Of a stretch of 64,000 bases of DNA, positions 49,839 through 64,000 are shown in pieces (the first letter of the stretch is position 1; every line of letters begins with the position of its first letter). The notes beneath the pieces were generated by a model. That model saw only the letters and a list, made by a program, of their open reading frames with translations, was not told the DNA's origin and did not search any database. Location of the stretch: the NCBI RefSeq assembly GCF_964204645.1, contig NC_134030.1, positions 3,142,778-3,206,777 of the forward strand, in the 5' to 3' direction. Source of the stretch: Tubulanus polymorphus (taxonomy: Eukaryota > Animalia > Nemertea). The position numbers were made by a program, and so were the translations under genes.

Positions 49839-50130
49839 ATCAGCGGTCGACCATTTTGTCAGCGATTGACAGGCTTCTCAGCTGTTGACCAGTTTATCAG
49901 CAGTTGACCGGTTTCTATCAGTGATTAACTGGTTCAGCAACTATTGACCTTTCTAACAGCGGCCGACTCGTTCGTCGGTGCTTGACCGAATAATCAATGG
50001 TCGACTGGAATATCAGTCATCGACCGGTAAATCAGCTGTTGACCGGTTAATCAGTGATCAACTGTTTAGTGGAACTCGATTCGTTTATCAGCCGTTAATC
50101 AGTGGTAAATCGTTTTATCAGTGCTCAATC
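49839..50130. repeat. Degenerate 19 bp tandem array (about 15 units) in the BACE 3'UTR
   Basis: Consensus about atcagc.gttgaccggttt, e.g. atcagcggtcgaccatttt / ctcagctgttgaccagttt / atcagctgttgaccggtta. Confidence 0.8.
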
Positions 50131-50256
50131 TGTTCTCAAAATCTCCATCAATAGTGAATTCCAAACTGGTCTCGACACGTTTTTGTTGTGAACACAATTT
50201 CCAGTAAAGAGAGATCCAGTTAAACCCAAAACTGTTCAGACCTTTCAAGGCATTAA

Positions 50257-56566
<6,310 letters not shown>

Positions 56567-57389
56567 GTTCGTTTAGGCAATTATTCCTGATTCAACTGCT
56601 GCTCGCAACTTTGTCATCTAATTGTAATTGATAATATGCTGTGGTTCATATTGCGGAAATTCACTGATCACTGATCATCTGAAAATACAACCATTGAAAG
56701 CAGACGTAAGAATGACACACAAAAATCAATGATGAAACACTGTGTGCGTCCACAGGGCTATACTTAGTATTGCCCCCACCAAAAATTTTGGAAAAATGCC
56801 CTTTCTTAAAAATATTATTGTTAAATCCAATAGAAATTCAATGTTGAATCTTTCACTTTGGATAAACATTTTGTTATAGGCCTAACAGAGTGAGAGTTTT
56901 TGTTAGGGTAGTGCTTTGAACTAGACCATTCTCTATCAAGCCCAAAAGGCCAAGTGTTGTATACCATTTTAAAATCTTATCTCATTTTCATTCATGTGGT
57001 GGAGCTCAACTCCAAAGTCGAAGTCAAATAGTAAATACCGCGACACGGAGGGAGTAAACAAATTTCAAAACGATTAAAGTCGAAACTTCCACTCCTCCAC
57101 TGACAAAGACTTTGAATGAATCACTCACACAGTCACACTCGCAGCAGGACCAGCTACTATTATATAATATAATAGACTAGAGGTAGCCTAAAAATAGAGG
57201 CGGTTCTTCTGGGACTTGACTCGATGTATAAAAATTACTGTGAATAAAGCAAAGTCATCCATTAAAAAGACAATACTCACTTAATATAACTATAAACGTC
57301 ATTGGTTTTTTTTTCATGTGTAGCTTAGGCCTATATGGCTTGAGAAAAGCCTAGTGATTAAAGCAGCATAGTCTAATTCAATGAATACG

Positions 57390-57425
57390 TAAATTACTTC
57401 CGGGTTACCGGTAGGTGCTGCCCTC
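57390..57425 (-). promoter_or_regulatory. Probable BACE promoter (ETS site) upstream of a non-coding first exon
   Basis: acttccgg at 57396. Minus-strand donor gtgagt near 57280 and acceptor near 56680, upstream of the ATG. Confidence 0.4.
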
Positions 57426-58136
57426 TAATACTTTGAAAAAGATTAAGTAACTAATTGCTTTAGCCTAGTTCTATATTGGTGACCTTTATATTAAAATGAT
57501 TATCAGAACGTCTACTAAAATAGGTTTTCAACTGATATGAATTAAAGATAAATTTTCAGTAGACTGTTTGGTAGACTGGTTACCGGTCTAACCGGCAATC
57601 AGTCGTCAGTGGTGGTGATAAACGGGTGGCTCCGATATTATCAACCATGGCAACTCCATTTTTTTCGCACGAATCCCTTAACATCATTGAATGTCCGATC
57701 ATTTGATTTCTTTACTTTAAACGATGTGTATTATGATGTAGGCTGCTCTGCATATAGTTAGTTACCTAATCGTTGGTGGTGAACTTTTTATAATCGGATG
57801 GGCTTATACGCGGTCACATTGTGAAGTGAAACTAAACCACGACATCTCTGTACGGCAAGTTAACAACGATGAAGTGCCCTCATCACGATTCAGATGGGCC
57901 AAAAACCCGCAGTACCACGGTGAGAATCGGCAAATTGACTGCAGTCATGCCGGTGCACGGCGAGTTGTTGCTGCGCAGAAATTGACAATCCTCGTCCTCT
58001 GTTGAGCTTGCCGGCAGCAGGTCCAGTCTTTTTCGCAGGGACTATAGACTCAGCATGGGCAGCAGAACCATCAATATTTGAATATTGAGTTCTGCAGTGC
58101 GAGTCCGGACCCGCGCCACCGACTGCGTCAAAATTT

Positions 58137-58287
58137 TGACTGTTAGGTGCTGCCGCTACATATTACATTGACGGCGAATATGTGAACTAACTTGACAATC
58201 CAATATTCTTAATGTGGCATGTGAGTAGTAAGTTAATTCGCACATTCGCCGTCAACGATATGTATAGGGGCAGCACTTAAAGGTTAA
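58137..58287. mobile_element. Degenerate palindromic MITE
   Basis: tgctgccgctacata..ttgacggcgaatatgtgaa is inverted relative to ttcgcacattcgccgtcaa..tatgtataggggcagca. Confidence 0.6.
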
Positions 58288-59022
58288 AGTGGGCGTCTGA
58301 TTTTGTACGCGGGGTGTCCGTAGTTCGAACCTAGTAACTTCTGACGAAGTTTAGAGGATGTGCCGCGTTTGAACCCAGTAATTACTGGCACTGATAGCGA
58401 GGTGCTGATACTGAATAGAGGATGGAATACAATTATTGCAGATATTCACCCAGAGGAAGTTCGGCCGATCGACTGCCAATACGTTTATAGTTCGATGTCC
58501 GATAAGTTAGAAGGCTCCAACAGTCCACGGCATACGACGTTTCAAAAAAATAGGGAAATTTTCTTTTTAATCGGTGGTCAGAGATTTTTACCTCCTCTAA
58601 ACTTTTTATAGTAGGCTAAAGTTTAAAAGATACTGGGAAAAAAATTACTAACTTTACTGGAACCAACATCATACATATATTAAGTATACTTTACATTATA
58701 TTTTTCAGTACACGACCCATTGCGGCAAATCTACGAGGGATAGACGTTTAGGCGTAGAGAGAAAATACCGGTTGTGCAAAAATGTAGATGTCTAGATTAC
58801 AATTTATTACAAACTATACATTCATAACTTAAATAGGATCAAATTCAATCTACTACATGTATACAGATTGATATAAAAAAGCATCTCAAATTTTCTTAAT
58901 TGTACGAACGATAATACCGAAATAAGGCTGCTGCTGCTAAATATGTACTTTTACGAGATCTGGCTTTAAACAGTGCAACGGTGCAATGAGATTAAGTTTA
59001 TAGTGAACTGTTTCTAAAAGAA

Positions 59023-61707
59023 CTAGATTTCTCTTGTTTCTAACAGCAATAGTTTCAGACGCTTCCAGAAACGTTTTTGAGCCCGAGTTGTAGTCGGGTA
59101 ACGGAGACAGGTTACGTGTTTCATTAACGTTTTTATATATTTCGGTAGAGATTCCTCCCTTACGTCGTACAGAAACAGCAGAATGATGACGTTACGTCTG
59201 TTTTCGAGTGACGTCATCGTGGCCTGATTCACTTCGAATTCCGTCCACGTTCTGCGGATGAAAGCGTACGAAATGGGGAAAATGACCCACTTGGAATTTG
59301 TGACGGCATCAACGATACTTAAACACTCGTAGCGACCGGCGGGAAAATCACGACCATCGATGCACAACGTAAAGCTAACATCTTCCCGATCTTCGAGTTC
59401 CGGCCGTAAATAACCCATCACGAAATCGCTATCCTCTTGGCTGTACGGCAGGTAAACATCAAACCTTCTGGTCGAGAAATCAGCATCCAATTCCCGATAA
59501 CCTCCGCGTCTTTGTCTGGGTGTGTGACATTTGACATACCAGAAATATTTAACATCCCACCTGAACACATAGAACACTGTAAGTGTTATACAGATTAGTA
59601 CGACTGGACTAATCGTAAACGCGATTAGAAAATACGGATTATTACCGCATTTGATCCAGTTCGGTTCATAATCTCTTATAGGTTTCCCTCTCAGTTCAGG
59701 TGGGCCCACGCAATGTACGTCGCTATCTTCTTTACGAACCCATTCGCTAAACGCTTCTAATCTACAGTCGCATAGTAAATGGTTATTTTCCAGGAAAATT
59801 GTCTTCAATTCTGGCAACGAACGAAATACATCGACCAATTTTTTGTTGATCGTCACGATCTGATTGTCGTTCAGCTTGATAGTTTCAAGTTTTTCTTTGC
59901 CCTTCACTAAATCATGTGGAACGTGTAGCAAAACATTTCGTGACAGTTGCAAATATTTGATTTTGTCCGTGTATTTGAGGAAGTCACCACGAATCGACCG
60001 AATTCGATTCATTGACATGCTTAGATATTTCAGACGAGGAATGGGTCGAAATATACAATTCATTTCATCGAAAAATTGGCTTTGACCGAATTCGTTACTG
60101 GTTAGAACCAATCTTTCCAACGACGTTCCGGCAAATACTTCACACGAGTTATTGTCGAGGTTGAAATACAGGTTGTTAAACGCTAGATCGAGATCTTTCA
60201 AATGTTTCATTCCGGTAACGTTTATGACCGTTGGGTTCAAACCCAATTGACGCCGTATTAGAAAAGGATTAATGTGGGTTAAAATCAAGACTTCCAGATT
60301 AACCAGATTTGTAAAATCTACCGAACATGTTGGACTCGGGCACATCGTCGCATGCACCAATCGCAATTGTTTCAATGCACGGTGTTTTGGCATCTTGAAA
60401 TTATGCCCATTCGGGTTGTTGAGCTTGATGGCGCAAAAATCAAAATTCAAAATCTCCAACTTCTGGTGTCTTTTTATAAATTTCGTTATATTTAGGTTGC
60501 CCAAATTGTTCCACGATGCTTCTAAACTGCGCAAACCTTCTGGAAATTTGGGGAGAGATTTCATATTACAGAATGAAATGTCGATGTTCTGTAAATTGGT
60601 CATCTTTAACAGTGGGTTCCCGCTCATCTTGATATTTTCGTTTTTCGATAGATCCAATTCCTTGAGATTGGTGTACGGCAGAACAGAAACGAAATCTCCA
60701 TTCATTATTTCAATCGAACAATCTTTAAGGTTTATATTCGTTAACGGGAGTCGATTCAGTCCACCTAACGCCTCACGTATACCCCCGCGGAAATCATTGG
60801 AACTAACGTTGAGATAATGTAACATTTCAAACTTTGAAAAGTCTCCTTGTTTTATGTTGTTTCGATCGATCACGAGCCTTTTCAGTTTTGGGGCTTTGAA
60901 TCTATTCGAATCGACTGTTGTTATGTTATTTTCAGAAATACCCAAGTGGACAAGTTCTGGTAAATCCACGGCTGGTAATTTGTCGATTCGGTTTCTCCCC
61001 AAATATAGATGCGTCGTGTTTCGGGGAACGCTTGGAAACTCGTCAAGGTTTTTCCCAACGCATGAGACCAACAGCTGTGATGAAGACCTAAAATATCAAC
61101 AGCAAAATGGGCTATTTTATTTCAATTTCTAAATTGACGATCTCAAGAACTTTTTATAGAGGTATTGCACGGACTACTGTTTACATGCGTCATATTGGAC
61201 GTGAAATACAATAGCAGCGAACGGCGAGTTTTAAATTGAGTTGCCTTCTGCACTTACGTCCAATACGATGTCAGGTGCATTGCCAGTTTCTAGAATCAAT
61301 TTTAGAAATTAATTCTATAAATGGAATTAATCTAGAAATCCGTCTTTCTAAAACCAAGACAGATTTTTTCATCAATTTTGTACATTTTGTTTTATAGCAT
61401 GCATGCGTAGATATATATTTCAACTTTATGTAAAGCAAATAGCTTTTTTGGGCTCACTTTTCTTTCGTATTTTTGCAGTTTCTTATCTTATATTAGACAA
61501 TAATTATTAGATAAGTGAGGTGAGATTTAAGTATTTCACGTGTGACTCATTTTTGCTGATCTGTCATTACCTGGTGCAGTTGCATTTCGACGGGCAGTCT
61601 GCCGTGTCGTTCAACTGTAAGCTTTCATCATCAGATGCCGCAGCTATAACACGTAATGATAAATCCACCAAAAACAACACAGAACAAAATGAAATATGTC
61701 GATACAT
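59023..61707 (-). CDS. Toll-like receptor, single cysteine-cluster type (733 aa)
   Basis: Exon 61707-61571 (signal peptide, CPSKCNCT LRRNT) plus exon 61087-59023: LRRs, LRRCT (NHLLCDC..C..P..LRG), TM and TIR (FDVY..YS, CIDGRDFPAG, W..FE, FWKRL). Confidence 0.95.
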
Positions 61708-62221
61708 ATTGGAGAAGAGTTGACGTGTTTATATAGGTGGGCGTTTTAACACAGAATGTCGTGTGAACGTGTTTGCTTTTATTTTTAGCGCGTCCCTTAA
61801 AGGAACGGGTTTCCCCAAACACTTCTAAACATTTCACTCAAATTTTTATAAACATCGTCATCGATGTCTCGACGGGTGCCGTTTATTCATAGTCAAAGGA
61901 AACATGAATGTCCCCTAAGAGCTCTGTACAACCCCGAAGGGCTATTTAACCTGTCTTTCAGAGCTATTTTTACTACAAAATATAGGTTGTTCTGACTGTA
62001 GTATAATATGAAAGGTATACGTATATTGTAAAAATGTTTTTCTCCTTCAATTAATCAACGTAAATAAGTACGAGTCATGGTATCAAAATTTCCATGAATA
62101 GTTCAACGATTAAGATCAAACGCTATTTCCTGATTTTCGTATATATTTATTATTGTAAATTACATCAACCTCACGCGATTGCAAATTCACGTTTTTTCCC
62201 GAGTGTCGAAAATCGGAATTT

Positions 62222-63878
62222 TCACTTTGTCCAACGGGAAAAACCTATTTCAACGCCCAAAAATATCAGTGAGATAAATACCCCAATTATTAGCATAACA
62301 AGAGGTCCCACAAACGTGTTTAAGTAGATGACATGAGTCTCTTCAGGAACGGAATCGGTTGAGAATATTTTGCCGGCACCGACTCGTGGTGCAGCTCGAC
62401 TGTTTGTATCCAGCTTCCCGCAGTCGACCGGAGATGTTGCGTGCCACCATTTCTTATAAAGTTCGTCTAAAACTCGGTTTTGTTGCAGTAATGTAACGGC
62501 ATCTCGTACTCGAGTGTTATAAGGAGAACCTATCGGCAAAGCTAAGCCGTACTCGTTTGAGTTCAGTAATCCCCCTATTTGAATCAAACTACAGTCACGA
62601 GCGCTCACGTATTCCAAAAGCGTACTTTCTCCGAAATAGGCGTAGCCCCCGCGCTTGACGCGACCTATACCACCATAGGCCGACCTGACGTTTGTGGAAC
62701 GATTGTAAATTTCTTTGTAGACGGGGTTTGTGGAATATTTCAAAAAGTTACTCGTTACGCCATTTTCAATTGCACCAAATCTGAAACGAGAAATGAATTA
62801 TCAATTCCGTTTCCAGATACATATATCAAGGCAGACGGTGTTGGAAGCTGATCAGTTGCATAGTAAGGAGTTGGATTTGACTCGAAATGAAGCAAAATAC
62901 TTCATCTCACAACCGGAAGTGAGTCCTGTTTCCAGAAACATTATGATTTAGAATATGGAGATTATCTGGGGAAATGTCATTCTCTTACTTAATCTTTGTG
63001 TTGTTGAGTAGGTCTCTAGCCGAATTGTACTGGATTTCAAAGTCTGTTTCAGTACGAAATGTTTTCATTCCACGAAACAATAAAATCACGTACGTGGCAA
63101 CACTGACAAATCGAAACATCCACCATATAATCATTAGGCTTCTGGATGCTAGAGATCTAGGCTGCCAACTTCCATCTGAAAGAACGTATATTAAACGGGC
63201 TTCTTCTAATTTCTATAACACATCTTACGAGGAATTCTGTATTTGATTCCGCAGGTTTTTACTTTTATTCAGAAGCTTCGCGAGATTGCATTTCCTTGAA
63301 AATCCCTTGCAATGGGTTTGAATGATATAACTTATTGTCAATATATCAAAATACTTGAATAGATTCAATACAATGAATATGACAAGGGAATGTAGGTATA
63401 TCGTCAGTGAATAGAATCACCTTTGACCAGGTCACTACAGCTAACATGTTTACCATACATAATTGACCAGACAAACTTCCAAGCTTTATCTTCAACTTCC
63501 CGGAAGGGATATTTCATTGTTTTTCAATCAAAATTGTTTCGGATTAGGTTTTAATAGTATTTTAAAACCCTAATCCTTACCCTGAATGCCAGGATTCGGG
63601 TATGTTATTAAACCCATATACATATCCGAATGACTGGAACTTCGAAACTATTAAGGCCATTTTTCTACGTAATCTTGTTTCTATTACGGGTGGATGATGA
63701 TAGCAGATTTTTGACACTCACTATATAAAAAGCCCGTAAGAGCCAGCCAAAAACATTCCCGCATCTCGTGGAAACAGTTATTATTCTGTTGCGATTGTCT
63801 TTCTCTTGAATCTTGTACGATTCGATCGAAAACGTCGTAAGGGTTAAAGCGATGGTTCAACAACAATAACAAACTAAT
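62222..63878 (-). CDS. Ionotropic glutamate receptor / IR-like protein, 3' part (end of M1, M2, M3, S2, M4); 5' part lies beyond the window
   Basis: Exons 63878-63722 (RFNPYD, CFWLALTGFLY), 63175-62989 (PRSLASR..IWWMF) and 62780-62222 (FGAIENGVT, GGYAYFGESTLLEY, C.LIQIGGLL...YGLALPIGSPY, L.KKWW, M4). Confidence 0.9.
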
Positions 63879-64000
63879 CTGAAATACGGAGTATTTTCGT
63901 AAAATAGAATTCAAGACCAGTTCCTCGGAGGTTCGGAATAAGAATATGATTCATTTTCAAATAAAACCCCTGGTTAAGTGTTGGTGGTGATCTTTTGTAA

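Noticed and set aside
49839-50130. CRISPR-like appearance of the periodic array
   Set aside because: Eukaryotic locus, no unique spacers, no cas genes.
59864-61132. + strand ORFs of 73-181 aa
   Set aside because: Antisense shadows of the TLR coding exon; no independent features.
63452-63660. Possible alternative M2 exons in the iGluR intron
   Set aside because: No acceptor giving an open, phase-compatible frame.

Overview
Intron-rich, AT-rich nuclear DNA from an invertebrate animal. The gene content suggests a lophotrochozoan, but that is inference. Most listed ORFs are exon fragments or noise. Assembling exons by hand (GT-AG sites, phase continuity) gives nine protein-coding genes: (1) an FSTL1-like secreted EF-hand/VWC protein (-) that seems to lack the follistatin/Kazal domain; (2-3) two intact, diverged SDHC paralogues arranged head-to-head, 356 bp apart; (4) a C-type lectin/WSC/mucin/TM receptor with a Tyr-motif tail, in which the WSC domain sits inside a CTLD; (5) a C21orf58/DUF4587-like gene with an alternative short terminal exon; (6) a DNase I with an extra C-terminal domain; (7) BACE; (8) a TLR; (9) the 3' part of an iGluR/IR-like gene with an aberrant M3 gate. 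Introns hold several families of short hairpin elements with minimal hammerhead ribozyme motifs, 34-37 bp tails and 9-15 bp TSDs, resembling non-autonomous Penelope-like retroelements, plus many MITEs. The most notable items are the SDHC pair, the hammerhead hairpin elements and the WSC-in-CTLD receptor. All gene models were built by eye with no database search.
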